A DNA stretch of 64,000 bases from Caulobacterales bacterium (GTDB lineage Bacteria; Pseudomonadota; Alphaproteobacteria; Caulobacterales; Caulobacteraceae). The stretch is from contig JBBRLN010000011.1 of NCBI GenBank assembly GCA_038231315.1, forward strand, positions 2,035 through 66,034, written 5' to 3'. This document shows positions 1 to 9,617 of the stretch, one piece after another. Below the pieces are notes generated by a model. The model was not told the DNA's origin. It worked only from the letters and a program-made list of their open reading frames with translations, and ran no database searches. Both the position numbers and the translations under genes were made by a program. Every line of letters starts with the position of its first letter. Position 1 is the first letter of the stretch.

Positions 1-2
1 TC

Positions 3-1127
3 GCCATCTCCAAGGCTTTCCATCTCGACCCGGCCCAAAAGGGTTTGATGGTCGCGATCCCAGTGCTGTCCGGCGCCATCTTCCGCTTGGTCGCGGGAGT
101 ACTGGTCGATCACATCGGTCCGAAGCTCACCGGGATCGTCGCCCAATCGATCGTCATCGTCGGCCTGCTCGCCGCCTGGTTCCTTGGCGTCCACAACTAC
201 GATCAGGTTTTGACAGTGGGCGTCCTGCTGGGTGTCGCGGGCGCATCCTTCGCCATCGCCATGCCGCTCGCCTCGAGATGGTATCCGCCGCGGTATCAAG
301 GCCTTGCCCTCGGCATTGCCGGCGCCGGAAACTCCGGCACGGCGCTCGCGGCCTTGTTCGCGCCCAGTCTAGCCAAGGCTTACGGCTGGAACAACGTCAT
401 CGGCCTGGCCGCCATCCCGCTGGCGGTCGCCTTCGCGGTGTTCCTGGTCTTCGCCAAGGATGCTCCCAGCCGCCCGGCGCCAAAGCGGTTCGCCGAATAC
501 CTGACGGTGCTGAAGACGGCCGACGCCTGGTGGCTGATGCTGTTCTACTTCGTCACCTTCGGCGGCTTCGTCGGTCTTTCGACCTCGCTCACCATCTATT
601 TCAACGCAGAGTACGCGCTGCCCGCGATCACCGCCGGCTTTTTCACCGCGGCCTGCGTCTTCGGCGGATCGTTCGTCCGTCCTGTCGGCGGATATCTGGC
701 CGATCGCTTCGGCGGCGTTCGCACCCTCACCATCGTCTACGTCCTGGCGGCGGTCGGACTAACCCTCGCCAGCTTCAAGGCGCCGTCCGCCTACGCTTCG
801 CTGGCGGTGATGATGTTCAGCATGATGGCGCTGGGCGCCGGAAATGGAGCGGTGTTCCAGATGGTGCCGCAGCGCTTCTCCAAGGAGATCGGGGTGATCA
901 CCGGCCTGGTCGGGGCCACGGGCGGCGCGGGCGGCTTCTACCTCGCCTCCAGTCTCGGGTGGGCGAAGAAGGTGACCGGTTCCTACCAGGATGGGCTGCT
1001 TGGTTTCGCGCTCCTGGCGGTCGTCGCGGTCGTCGTCCTCACCGTGGTCAAGGCCGGCTGGCGTCGGACCTGGCTGCCAAAAGCGGCGGGCGGCGCCACG
1101 GCCATGCAGCCCGCGCTCGCCGCCTAA
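3..1127 (+). CDS. NarK/NRT2-family MFS nitrate/nitrite transporter (5' end outside window)
   Basis: Frame is open from the window edge (AISKAFHLDPAQKGLM...). Nitrate-signature motifs GIAGAGNSG and GAGNGAVFQMVPQRF, about 12 hydrophobic segments, directly upstream of nirB. Confidence 0.92.
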   Translation, partial: AISKAFHLDPAQKGLMVAIPVLSGAIFRLVAGVLVDHIGPKLTGIVAQSIVIVGLLAAWFLGVHNYDQVLTVGVLLGVAGASFAIAMPLASRWYPPRYQGLALGIAGAGNSGTALAALFAPSLAKAYGWNNVIGLAAIPLAVAFAVFLVFAKDAPSRPAPKRFAEYLTVLKTADAWWLMLFYFVTFGGFVGLSTSLTIYFNAEYALPAITAGFFTAACVFGGSFVRPVGGYLADRFGGVRTLTIVYVLAAVGLTLASFKAPSAYASLAVMMFSMMALGAGNGAVFQMVPQRFSKEIGVITGLVGATGGAGGFYLASSLGWAKKVTGSYQDGLLGFALLAVVAVVVLTVVKAGWRRTWLPKAAGGATAMQPALAA

Positions 1128-1158
1128 GTCCACCGCCCTCCAGTTGAAAGGCTCCAGC

Positions 1159-3609
1159 ATGTCTCGCGAGCGGCTTGTCGTGATCGGTAATGGAATGGCT
1201 GGGTGCCGGGCGGTTCAGGAAGTGCTCAAGCGCGATCCCGACCGCTACGACATCACCATCTTCGGCGCCGAGCCTCGGGTGAACTACGACCGCATCATGC
1301 TGTCGCCTGTGCTCGCGGGTGAGAAATCCTTCTCCGACATCGTGATCAACGGCCACGATTGGTACCGTGACAACGGGATCGTGCTCCACGCCGGCGCGGC
1401 GGTGACGGCGATCGATCGCGACGCGCGGATCGTGCGGGCGGACGGCATCGATGCAGCCTACGACCGGGTGATCCTGGCGATGGGGTCGGACCCGATCCGG
1501 CTGCCGCTGCCTGGCGCCGATCTCAATGGCGTTGTGACCTTCCGCGACCTGGACGACGGCGAGCAGATGGTGGCTGCGGCGAAGCCGGGCGCGCGGGCGG
1601 TGGTGATCGGCGGCGGACTGCTCGGGATCGAGGCGGCCTATGGCCTCGCGCGGCGCGGCATGGCCGCCACGGTGGTCCATCTGATGGACGTGCTGATGGA
1701 GCGTCAACTCGACGCCTCTGCCAGCTTCCTGCTCGGCGACGCCCTCGTCGCGCGGGGCGTCGAGACGGTGCTCGGCGCTCATTCCGAGGAAATCGTCGGC
1801 GACAACGGGCGGGTGACCGGCCTCAGGCTGAAGGACGGCCGGACGCAACCGTGCGACATCCTCGTGATGGCCGTCGGCATCCGCCCGGCCACGGCGCTGG
1901 CCAAGGCCGCCGGACTGGAGGTCAACCGGGGCATCGTTGTCGATGACGCCATGACGACCTCCGACCCGCGCATTGTCGCCGTCGGCGAGTGCGTGGAGCA
2001 TCGCGGCCAGTGTTACGGCCTGGTCGCGCCGATCTGGGACATGTGCCGCACCGTCGGCGACACCCTGACCGACTCCGGTGGCGGCTATCGAGGCTCGGCC
2101 CTGTCGACGCGGCTCAAAGTCTCCGGCGTCGATGTGTTCTCGGCTGGTAAATTCGGCGGCGGAGAGGGTTGCGAGGACATCGTGTTCCGCGACGCGGGCC
2201 GGGGTGTGTACAAGCGGATCGTGCTGGAAAACGGCAAGGTCGCCGGCGCGGTGCTGTTCGGCGACGCCGCCGATGGCGCCTGGTATTTCGACCTGATGCG
2301 CTCCGGCGCTCCGATCGCCGACATCCGCGAGACCCTGATCTTCGGCCAGGCCATCACGGAGGGCCTTCGAGGGCTCGACCCTAGCGCCGCCGTTGCCGCC
2401 ATGCCCGACGGGGCTGAGATCTGCGGCTGCAACGGCGTGTGCAAGGGCGTGATCACCGGAGCCATCGCGACTCAGGGCCTGACCACGCTCGACGCCGTGC
2501 GCGGAGTGACCAAAGCTTCCGCCAGCTGCGGCTCGTGCACGCCGCTGGTCGAAAAACTGCTCGGCCTGATGCTTGGCGACGGTTTCAAGGCGGCCACAGG
2601 CCCGGCCCCCATGTGCAAATGCACGACGCATGACCATGGCCACGTTCGGCGCGCCATCGTCGCTGAGGCGCTGAAGTCGCTGCCAGCGGCGATGCAGGCG
2701 CTGGAGTGGTCGACGCCGGACGGCTGCGCCTCCTGCCGGCCGGCGCTCAACTACTACATGATCTGCGCGTGGCCCGGCGAATACCGCGACGACAAGCAGT
2801 CTCGCTTCATCAACGAGCGCGTCCACGCCAACATCCAGAAGGACGGCACCTATTCGGTGGTCCCGCGGATGTGGGGCGGCATGACCACGCCGGATGAGCT
2901 GCGTGCGATCGCCGACGTCGCCGACAAGTTCGCCATCCCGGCGGTAAAGGTCACCGGCGGCCAGCGCATCGATCTGCTGGGGGTGAAGAAGGACGATCTG
3001 CCGGCGGTATGGGCCGATCTCAACGCCGCCGGCATGGTCTCGGGCCACGCCTACGGTAAGGCGCTGCGCACGGTGAAGACTTGCGTGGGAACCGACTGGT
3101 GCCGCTTCGGCACTCAGGACTCCACCGGGCTCGGCATCCGGCTGGAGAAGTTTCTATGGGGTTCCTGGACACCGGCCAAGGTCAAGCTGGGCGTATCCGG
3201 CTGTCCTCGGAACTGCGCCGAGGCGACCTGCAAGGACATCGGCATCATCTGCGTCGACAGCGGCTACGAGATCCACATCGGCGGCGCGGCGGGGCTGCAC
3301 ATCCGCGGCACGGAATTGCTGACCAAGGTCGCCACCGAAACCGAGGCGTTCTGGACAGTTTGCGCCATCGTCCAGATCTATCGTGAGCAGGCCTGGTATC
3401 TGGAACGCATATACAAGTGGATGGACCGCGTTGGGCTGGAGGCCATCAAGGCCTTCCTCGCCGATCCGGACGATCGCAAGGCCCTGTTCGAGCGCTTCGC
3501 CTTTTCCCAGCGCACCTCCCGCTTGGATCCCTGGGCCGAGCGCGTCGCCGGGCGGCACGCCGAGGAATTCCAACCTCTCAGCCGCCGACTGGAATTCGCT
3601 CCTGCATGA
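1159..3609 (+). CDS. nirB: NAD(P)H nitrite reductase large subunit
   Basis: MSRERLVVIGNGMAG FAD motif, NYDRIMLSPVL, BFD-like CGCNGVC/CGSC, and siroheme/4Fe-4S motifs RTVKTCVG..WCRFG and SGCPRNCAE. Confidence 0.97.
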   Translation: MSRERLVVIGNGMAGCRAVQEVLKRDPDRYDITIFGAEPRVNYDRIMLSPVLAGEKSFSDIVINGHDWYRDNGIVLHAGAAVTAIDRDARIVRADGIDAAYDRVILAMGSDPIRLPLPGADLNGVVTFRDLDDGEQMVAAAKPGARAVVIGGGLLGIEAAYGLARRGMAATVVHLMDVLMERQLDASASFLLGDALVARGVETVLGAHSEEIVGDNGRVTGLRLKDGRTQPCDILVMAVGIRPATALAKAAGLEVNRGIVVDDAMTTSDPRIVAVGECVEHRGQCYGLVAPIWDMCRTVGDTLTDSGGGYRGSALSTRLKVSGVDVFSAGKFGGGEGCEDIVFRDAGRGVYKRIVLENGKVAGAVLFGDAADGAWYFDLMRSGAPIADIRETLIFGQAITEGLRGLDPSAAVAAMPDGAEICGCNGVCKGVITGAIATQGLTTLDAVRGVTKASASCGSCTPLVEKLLGLMLGDGFKAATGPAPMCKCTTHDHGHVRRAIVAEALKSLPAAMQALEWSTPDGCASCRPALNYYMICAWPGEYRDDKQSRFINERVHANIQKDGTYSVVPRMWGGMTTPDELRAIADVADKFAIPAVKVTGGQRIDLLGVKKDDLPAVWADLNAAGMVSGHAYGKALRTVKTCVGTDWCRFGTQDSTGLGIRLEKFLWGSWTPAKVKLGVSGCPRNCAEATCKDIGIICVDSGYEIHIGGAAGLHIRGTELLTKVATETEAFWTVCAIVQIYREQAWYLERIYKWMDRVGLEAIKAFLADPDDRKALFERFAFSQRTSRLDPWAERVAGRHAEEFQPLSRRLEFAPA

Positions 3610-3968
3610 CCGTGCCCATAATCTCCCTCGAAGGCGCGGCGCCGGCCTTGATCTGGACGGATGTCGGCGCGGTGACCGACATTCCCCTGCGCGGCGCGCG
3701 GCGCCTGCCCAGTCCGCGCGGCGACATCGCCGTGTTCCGAACGGGCGACAACCGCGTCTTCGCCCTCCTCGACTCCTGCCCGCACAAGGGCGGGCCGCTC
3801 AGTCAGGGGATCGTCCACGCCGCCTCCGTCACCTGCCCGTTGCATGGCCGGGTGATCGATCTCGCCACGGGCGACGGCATGGGCGCCGACAAAGGCCGCG
3901 GCTGCGCCCCTGTCGTCCCGCTCGACGTGCGCGAGGGGCGCCTCTTGATTGGGCTGGTCGAGGCCTAG
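3606..3968 (+). CDS. nirD: Nitrite reductase small subunit (Rieske-type)
   Basis: ATGA overlap with the nirB stop. Rieske ligands CPHKGGPLSQG...VTCPLH. Confidence 0.95.
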   Translation: MTVPIISLEGAAPALIWTDVGAVTDIPLRGARRLPSPRGDIAVFRTGDNRVFALLDSCPHKGGPLSQGIVHAASVTCPLHGRVIDLATGDGMGADKGRGCAPVVPLDVREGRLLIGLVEA

Positions 3969-3970
3969 AC

Positions 3971-6643
3971 GTGATCGCCGGATCGCCCTCCCTCGCGGTT
4001 CGAACGACCTGCCCCTATTGCGGCGTCGGGTGCGGCGTTACCGGTGTGTCGGGTCCCGAGCGCTCTCTCGCCGTCGCCGGCGACGCCGACCATCCCGCCA
4101 ACCTCGGCAGGCTGTGCTCGAAGGGCGGCGCGCTCGGCCAGACGGTTGGGCTCGAAGGCCGGCTCCTCTACCCGACGATCGGCGACCAAGTCGTACCCTG
4201 GGCGCGCGCGACGGCCCTTGTCGCCCTGCGGTTCAGGGACACGATCGCCCGACACGGACCGGATTCGGTCGCCTTCTATGTGTCGGGCCAGCTTCTGACG
4301 GAAGACTATTACGTCGCCAACAAGCTGATGAAGGGCTTCATCGGCTCGGGCAACATCGACACCAATTCGCGGCTGTGCATGGCCTCCGCGGTCGTCGCGC
4401 ACAAGCTGGCCTTCGGCGCCGATCTCGTTCCCGGTTGCTACGAGGATCTCGACCTCGCCGATCTGGTGGTCTTTTCCGGCCACAACGCTGCGTGGACCCA
4501 CCCGGTGCTTTTCCGCCGCATGGAGGCGGCGCGCGCGCGGGGCCAGCGGCATGTTGTTATCGACCCGCGCCGCACCGATACCGCCGAGGCCTGCGACCTG
4601 CACCTGCCCATCGCGCCGCAGACCGACGTGCGGCTTTGGAACGGCCTCCTCGCGGACCTGATCCGGCGCGGCGCGATCGACCGCGACTACATCGTCGCGC
4701 ACACCTCGGGCTTCGCGGACCTGACCGCGAGCCTCACCGCCGACGATCAGTCCGTCACCGCCGTCGCCCGCGATTGCGGCGTCACGCGCGCCAATCTCGA
4801 CCAGTTCTTCCAGATGTTCGCCGAAACGCCCCGCACCGTGAGTCTGTTTTCCATGGGCTCGAACCAATCGGCCCAGGGTGTCGCCAAGGGTCTGGCGGTG
4901 ATCAACGCCCACCTCGTCACGGGTCGGATCGGCAAGCCGGGCGCCTGCCCGTTCTCGATCACCGGCCAGCCCAACGCCATGGGTGGCCGCGAGACCGGCG
5001 GAATGGCGACCACGCTCGCCGGCCATATGGACTTCGACGACGCGTCCCGCGCGCGCGTCGCTCGCTTCTGGGGCTCGCCTGCCATCGCCCAGCGGCCCGG
5101 CTTAAAAGCCGTGGACATGTTCGAGGCGGTCGGCGATGGGCGGATCAAGGCGATCTGGATCATGGCCACCAATCCGGCGGTCAGCCTGCCCGGCAGCGGG
5201 GGGGTGCGCGCGGCGTTGGCGGCCTGCCCCTTCGTCGTGGTCTCCGACTGCATGGCCGACACCGACACCCTGAAATACGCCCATGTGAAGCTGCCCGCCC
5301 TCGCCTGGGGCGAGAAGGACGGCACGGTCACCAATTCCGAACGCCGCATCTCCCGCCAGCGGCCGCTGTTCGACGGCCCGGGCGCGGCGCGAGCCGACTG
5401 GCGCATCGTCGCCGACGTCGCCACGGCCATGGGGCATGGTGATGCTTTCGGCTGGCGCTCCCCAGGCGCGGTGTTCCGCGAGTGGGCGCGGTTGACGGCC
5501 TATGACAACGCCGGCGCCCGGCTGCTGAATCTCGGCCCGCTCGTCGGAATCGGTCAAGCCGGGTACGACGCGCTGAAGCCGTTGCAGTGGCCGGTGACCC
5601 CCGGCGGTGGAGCCGCCCGCCTGTTCGAGGACGGCCGCTTCGCCACGCCGGACGAACGGGCCAACCTCGTGCCTGTCCGTCAGGAGGACCGCGTGGCGGA
5701 GTCGGCGGCTTTCCCGTTGTCACTCAACACCGGCCGGGTGCGCGACCACTGGCACACCATGACGCGTACAGGGCTTGCGCCGGATTTGTGCCGCCACGCC
5801 CCCCAGCCCTATGTCGAAATCCACCAGAGCGACGCCGTGGCCGCCGGGGTTGTCGAAGGCGGTCTCACGCGCGTGCGGACGGTGGCGGGCGAAGCGGTGG
5901 TCGTGGCCCGCATCAGCGACCGACAGCGCGCCGGCTCACTGTTCATGCCGATGCATTGGACCGACGTCTACGCGCCGTCCGGGCGGGCCAACGCAGTGGT
6001 GGCGCCCCGCGTCGACGAACGCTCCGGCCAGCCCGAGTTCAAGCACACGCCGGCTAGAGTGAGCCCCTACCGCGAAACTTGGCGCGGTTTCCACCTGTCG
6101 CGTGGGGTCGAAGCGGCGCCGATCGCCGAGTTGATCTGGCGCCGCGTCCCGCAATCCGCCTGCCATCTCCACGAGTTCGCCGGACGGGGCGACGCGGGCG
6201 AACAGAACGCCGTGCGCGCCGCACTTGCGCGAAACTCTTCCGACGACATCCTGCGCTACGAGGACGCCGCCTCCGGCAGCCTGCGGGAAGCCTGGCTTCA
6301 TGAAGGCCGGCTCGAGCGCGTGCTCTTCACGACGGCCGGCGGCGTGCTGCCGCCCCGCGACTGGCTGATCGAAATGTTCTCCGCCGGCGTCTTGAACCCT
6401 GCGCAGCGCGCCAGCCTGCTGATCGGCCGCGCGCCGGGACGGGTCGTCGAACTGTCGCCCCTCGTCTGCACCTGTCGCGGCGTCCGCTTCGATGCCGTGC
6501 GATGCGCTGTGGCTGACGGCGCGACGACGGTCGACGCGGTGAGCGAGGCGACTGGAGCCGGGTCGGTCTGCGGTTCGTGCCGCCCCGAAATCCTGCGGCT
6601 GATCAGGCGCGTTCCGAAGCCGGAGATCCAGCATGCCGCCTGA
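3971..6643 (+). CDS. nasA: Assimilatory nitrate reductase catalytic subunit (bis-MGD, 4Fe-4S, C-terminal BFD)
   Basis: GTG start after nirD. TTCPYCGVGCG, NLGRLCSKG, DTNSRLCMASA, SITGQPNAMGGRE, LNTGRVRDHWHTMTRTG, and C-terminal CTC...CGSC. Confidence 0.96.
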   Translation: MIAGSPSLAVRTTCPYCGVGCGVTGVSGPERSLAVAGDADHPANLGRLCSKGGALGQTVGLEGRLLYPTIGDQVVPWARATALVALRFRDTIARHGPDSVAFYVSGQLLTEDYYVANKLMKGFIGSGNIDTNSRLCMASAVVAHKLAFGADLVPGCYEDLDLADLVVFSGHNAAWTHPVLFRRMEAARARGQRHVVIDPRRTDTAEACDLHLPIAPQTDVRLWNGLLADLIRRGAIDRDYIVAHTSGFADLTASLTADDQSVTAVARDCGVTRANLDQFFQMFAETPRTVSLFSMGSNQSAQGVAKGLAVINAHLVTGRIGKPGACPFSITGQPNAMGGRETGGMATTLAGHMDFDDASRARVARFWGSPAIAQRPGLKAVDMFEAVGDGRIKAIWIMATNPAVSLPGSGGVRAALAACPFVVVSDCMADTDTLKYAHVKLPALAWGEKDGTVTNSERRISRQRPLFDGPGAARADWRIVADVATAMGHGDAFGWRSPGAVFREWARLTAYDNAGARLLNLGPLVGIGQAGYDALKPLQWPVTPGGGAARLFEDGRFATPDERANLVPVRQEDRVAESAAFPLSLNTGRVRDHWHTMTRTGLAPDLCRHAPQPYVEIHQSDAVAAGVVEGGLTRVRTVAGEAVVVARISDRQRAGSLFMPMHWTDVYAPSGRANAVVAPRVDERSGQPEFKHTPARVSPYRETWRGFHLSRGVEAAPIAELIWRRVPQSACHLHEFAGRGDAGEQNAVRAALARNSSDDILRYEDAASGSLREAWLHEGRLERVLFTTAGGVLPPRDWLIEMFSAGVLNPAQRASLLIGRAPGRVVELSPLVCTCRGVRFDAVRCAVADGATTVDAVSEATGAGSVCGSCRPEILRLIRRVPKPEIQHAA

Positions 6644-7427
6644 CACCATGACCCAAGCCTCGGTCGGACGCGTCCTGCTGGTCGGCGCCGGCCCCGGACC
6701 CGCCGACCTGCTCACCCTGCGAGCCGCGCGCGCGATCGAGGGTGCTCAGGCCGTGCTCTACGACGCGCTGATCGCCGATGAGGTCATCGCGCTCGCTCCC
6801 GCAGCCTGCCTCAAGATCCTGACCGGCAAGCGCGCTGGACGACCCAGCATGAAGCAGGAAACGATCAACGCCCTGATGATCCGTCTGGCCCGGCGTGGGC
6901 TCACCGTCGTGCGCCTGAAGGGCGGCGACCCTTCGATCTTCGGCCGCGTCGGCGAGGAGATCGATGTCCTTCGCGGGCGCGGCGTGCCGGTCGAGGTCAT
7001 CCCCGGCGTCACCGCCGCCTGCGCCGCCGCCGCCCAGTTCCAGTTTCCGCTCACGCACCGGGGCGCGAGCCGCAGGGTCGTCTTCACGACCGCGAGGGTC
7101 GAGGCCGGCGAACTCGTGGGCGACTGGCGCCTCGCCGCCGATCCCGAGGCTACCGCCGCGATCTACATGGGGGGCGAGCGTCTCGGCGAAGTCGCTCGTC
7201 ATCTGATCGCCGCGGGGCGACACCCGCGCACCCCCGTGGTGACCATCGAGAACGCTGGGGCGCCAGAGGCGAAACTGACCGTCGGCACGCTCGCGACCTT
7301 CGCGCTAGGCGAGGGCGTCCATGCGGACGGGCCGCTGCTGATCGTCGTTGGCGAGACGGCCGCGCGCGCGGCGACGGCCGCGAACGAACCGAGGTCGCGT
7401 CTTATCAAAGGAGTTTTGAACGGTTGA
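6633..7427 (+). CDS. cobA: Uroporphyrinogen-III C-methyltransferase (siroheme synthesis, CysG-A/CobA-like); the last ~20 codons are probably read-through into the NarM remnant
   Basis: LVGAGPGPADLLTLRA, LYDALI, VVRLKGGDPSIFGR..EE and VIPGVTAA motifs; follows nasA. Confidence 0.92.
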   Translation: MPPDTMTQASVGRVLLVGAGPGPADLLTLRAARAIEGAQAVLYDALIADEVIALAPAACLKILTGKRAGRPSMKQETINALMIRLARRGLTVVRLKGGDPSIFGRVGEEIDVLRGRGVPVEVIPGVTAACAAAAQFQFPLTHRGASRRVVFTTARVEAGELVGDWRLAADPEATAAIYMGGERLGEVARHLIAAGRHPRTPVVTIENAGAPEAKLTVGTLATFALGEGVHADGPLLIVVGETAARAATAANEPRSRLIKGVLNG

Positions 7428-7669
7428 TCACAAGCCGGGCTGGTGAGACGGTCCGGTCGCTGCCGGTAGCATCGATCGGTCCTTGGGAAGAGGCGATCCG
7501 CACGCCAGCTTCAGTTGTGCCCTTCGCGGCTTCAGTTGGCGCGTCTCCGCCGTCAGACGAGGGGTGGAAAAGCCCAACAGCTCTGCAGCGGTTCGTTCTT
7601 TTCAAGCTCATCCGCGACAATCATGACAACGTGAATTTCATGCGGGCCTTGCGCAAATTCGGTCTCTAG
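7376..7669 (+). pseudogene. C-terminal half of a NarM-like nitrate-reductase-associated protein (N-terminal half absent)
   Basis: Frame reads GRERTEVASYQRSFERLITSRAGETVRSLPV...W...WKSPTALQRFVLFKLIRDNHDNVNFMRALRKFGL, resembling the Nitr_red_assoc C-terminus (W..L..LQRFAL.KL.R..H.N.NF..AL.EFGL). The RCIPM.VR.KLD N-terminal motif was not found upstream. Recognised from memory of the family. Confidence 0.72.
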
Positions 7670-7683
7670 CCTTGTCTGGAAAT

Positions 7684-8225
7684 CTACGCGTCGAACGCCG
7701 CAAGTTCTTGTAGCAGGGTGTCACGTTCAGCCGGGGTGTTGGCGCCGCGGAGGCGTAGCTCAGCACCGAGGGGCACGGGGATTTCTTGGAGGCCACAAGA
7801 AACGACGAGGTGGCGAATGGACCAGCCGGCTGGAGCGTTCTCGACGACATCCGTGATCTGGACGAACATCGGCAATGGATAGCCTTCATAGTGCGTTCCG
7901 AGAGAACCCTCGTCGATCAAGGGCGCGATGTCTTCCAGCCGGTGGGGGCATCCGCGGCAAGGACGAGGGCGAACGCGCAACCCTCTGCTCTCAAGCTAGA
8001 GACCCCTGCGGCTATGCCGCCCACAGGACCACCAAGTGGCGTCACGTCAGCGACGAAGCTGAATCCGTGGCTCACACGACCGACCGTCACCGTCGCTGCG
8101 GCGCCGGATCGCGACGCCAAGGCCGCCACCCGGTCAACAGCCGGCACGCCAAGCCAAAGCGCGGACGCTTTGTCTTCGCCCATCCGAGACGATGCGCCCC
8201 CGGTCAGAATGACTGCGCCGAACAT
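7684..8225 (-). pseudogene. mobA: Molybdenum cofactor guanylyltransferase with a frameshift near 7940
   Basis: MFGAVILTGGASSRMGEDKA...GGPVGGI...LVLAADAPT in one frame, then LEDIAPLI...EGYPLPMF...LRLRGANTPAERDTLL in another. ATG-to-stop span is 542 nt, one short of a codon multiple. Confidence 0.82.
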
Positions 8226-8317
8226 CGGGATATCCTGCCCGCGGTGACGATCGGCCGCAATGGTAGGGGACTTCCATGTCAACCTTCCGACGTCAGGCGC
8301 CGAGCTGATCGCCTAGC

Positions 8318-8359
8318 GGACCATAGTTGGTGACGCGAAGGGCCCGCCAACTATGATCC
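8318..8359 (-). terminator. Stem-loop downstream of the PEP-CTERM remnant
   Basis: Inverted repeat CATAGTTGG (8322-8330) / CCAACTATG (8347-8355), extendable by GGA/TCC; no clear U-tract. Confidence 0.45.
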
Positions 8360-8366
8360 GGCGCGG

Positions 8367-8588
8367 CTAGGCCGCGGTCATCGCCTGGCGCCGCCGACGC
8401 ATCGTGGCGCCAACCATGCCAAACCCGCCGATCATCAGGGCCCAGGACGCTGGTTCCGGAACGGCCGCTATATTGATGAAGGCGTTGGGCTGGTCCAGGT
8501 GGCAGGCGGAGTTGGACATTACGCCGCAAACGCCGGCGAGGTTCACGTCGACCTCGCTGGGGGTCGAGCTGACCTTCGCCGCGGGCAC
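8367..8588 (-). pseudogene. 3' remnant of a PEPxxWA-CTERM exosortase-target protein
   Basis: AVPEPASWALMIGGFGMVGATMRRRR sorting tail preceded by only ~45 residues. No signal peptide; in-frame stop upstream at 8634-8636. Confidence 0.8.
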
Positions 8589-9090
8589 GCTGGACTCCTT
8601 GGATTCAGACTCTTGGGTCGACCAGGCCTGGGTCTACAACAATGTCGGCCGCTACGAGGACTCGATCGTCGCGGCGAAAAAGTCTCTCGAATTGGCGCCG
8701 GATGGCCAGGTCTTCGGGTGGCAGTTTCTGGGTGTCTCGCTGATCGAGCTCGGCAAGGTGAGCGAGGGCTTGGCCGCGCTCGCCCATATGCCGCCAGACA
8801 CCCCGCAACGGTTCTCCGGTGAGATCTTCGCCTACCAGAAGGCGGGCGAGCAGCCGGCGGCGGACCGCAAGATGGCGCAGTTGCGCCACGTCTCGGGCGA
8901 CGCGGTCGATTCCGTCCTCGCCAGTTTCTACGCGCGGCAGGGGAAGATCGAGCCGGCGCTGCAGGCGCTCGAGCGGGCCTGGGCGGCGCGCGATCCCTGG
9001 CTCATCGACCTATCGATCATCGACAGCTTGAAGCCCCTCCGAAGCGAGCCACGTTTCAAGGCGATTTGGAACGCCATCGACTTTCCCTGA
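8587..9090 (+). pseudogene. 3' remnant of a large TPR protein (TIR/wHTH-TolB-TPR receptor-type C-terminus)
   Basis: LDSLDSDSWVDQAWVYNNVGRYEDSIVAAKKSLELAP TPR unit and the terminal ALERAWAARDPWL...LKPLRSEPRFKAIWNAIDFP motif. Upstream codons are the antisense of the PEP-CTERM remnant; no credible start. Confidence 0.7.
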
Positions 9091-9308
9091 GCGCGCGGCG
9101 AGCCAGCAAGCGGACCTTCCGAAGGTCTCAGATGACGATGGACTGACCGCACTCCCCCGCCTCCCTTTGGGCCGAGGAGTCGATGGAACACGCCAAGGCC
9201 GCGGAACTGCCGCTGGCCGCTTGGTCGGCGACGCGGCCGCAGTCCGCCGGGACGCGGCGCGCTCACGCCCTTCGTGTCGATCGCGCCAAAGTACGCATGT
9301 CGGCGTTT

Positions 9309-9617
9309 CTAATAGTAGCGGGGAATCTTTCCGAGCTGAGCTGTGGTATCGTCGCCGAGGTCCAGGAAGATTTCATCTACATAGCACCAGCCCCAGCCCT
9401 CCGGTGGATCATACCCTTCGATGATCGGGTGCCGGGCCGCGTGGTAATGGGCCGTGGCGTGACGGTGCGGAGACTCGTCGCAGCAGCCAAGATGGCCACA
9501 CGCTCTGCATATTCGCAGGTGCAGCCAGGGCGAGCCGATTTTGAGGCACTCTTCGCAGCCCTTGGCGCTGGGGACGACCTTCCGCAGGAATGCGCCGTGC
9601 GAGCAGGCGTTCGACAT
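9309..9617 (-). CDS. Stand-alone UBP-type zinc finger protein
   Basis: CSH...GCEEC...W.HLRICRACGHLGCCDESPHRHATAHY...HPII...PPEGWGWCYVDE pattern. Confidence 0.9.
   Translation of the reverse strand: MSNACSHGAFLRKVVPSAKGCEECLKIGSPWLHLRICRACGHLGCCDESPHRHATAHYHAARHPIIEGYDPPEGWGWCYVDEIFLDLGDDTTAQLGKIPRYY

Noticed and set aside
1048-3048. Long antisense ORFs, e.g. 1048-3048(-), 27206-29152(+), 48629-52087(-), 57284-59290(+)
   Set aside because: Shadow frames of well-supported genes in high-GC DNA; Arg/Gly/Ala-rich translations with no motifs.
7930-7950. Programmed ribosomal frameshift in mobA
   Set aside because: No X XXY YYZ slippery heptamer or stimulatory structure seen; mutation or sequencing error is more likely.
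7786-8247. 153-aa plus-strand ORF
   Set aside because: Antisense to mobA, with no motifs.
8404-8586. N-terminal part of the 228-aa ORF 8404-9090
   Set aside because: It is the antisense of the PEP-CTERM remnant; only ~8587-9090 is TPR-like.
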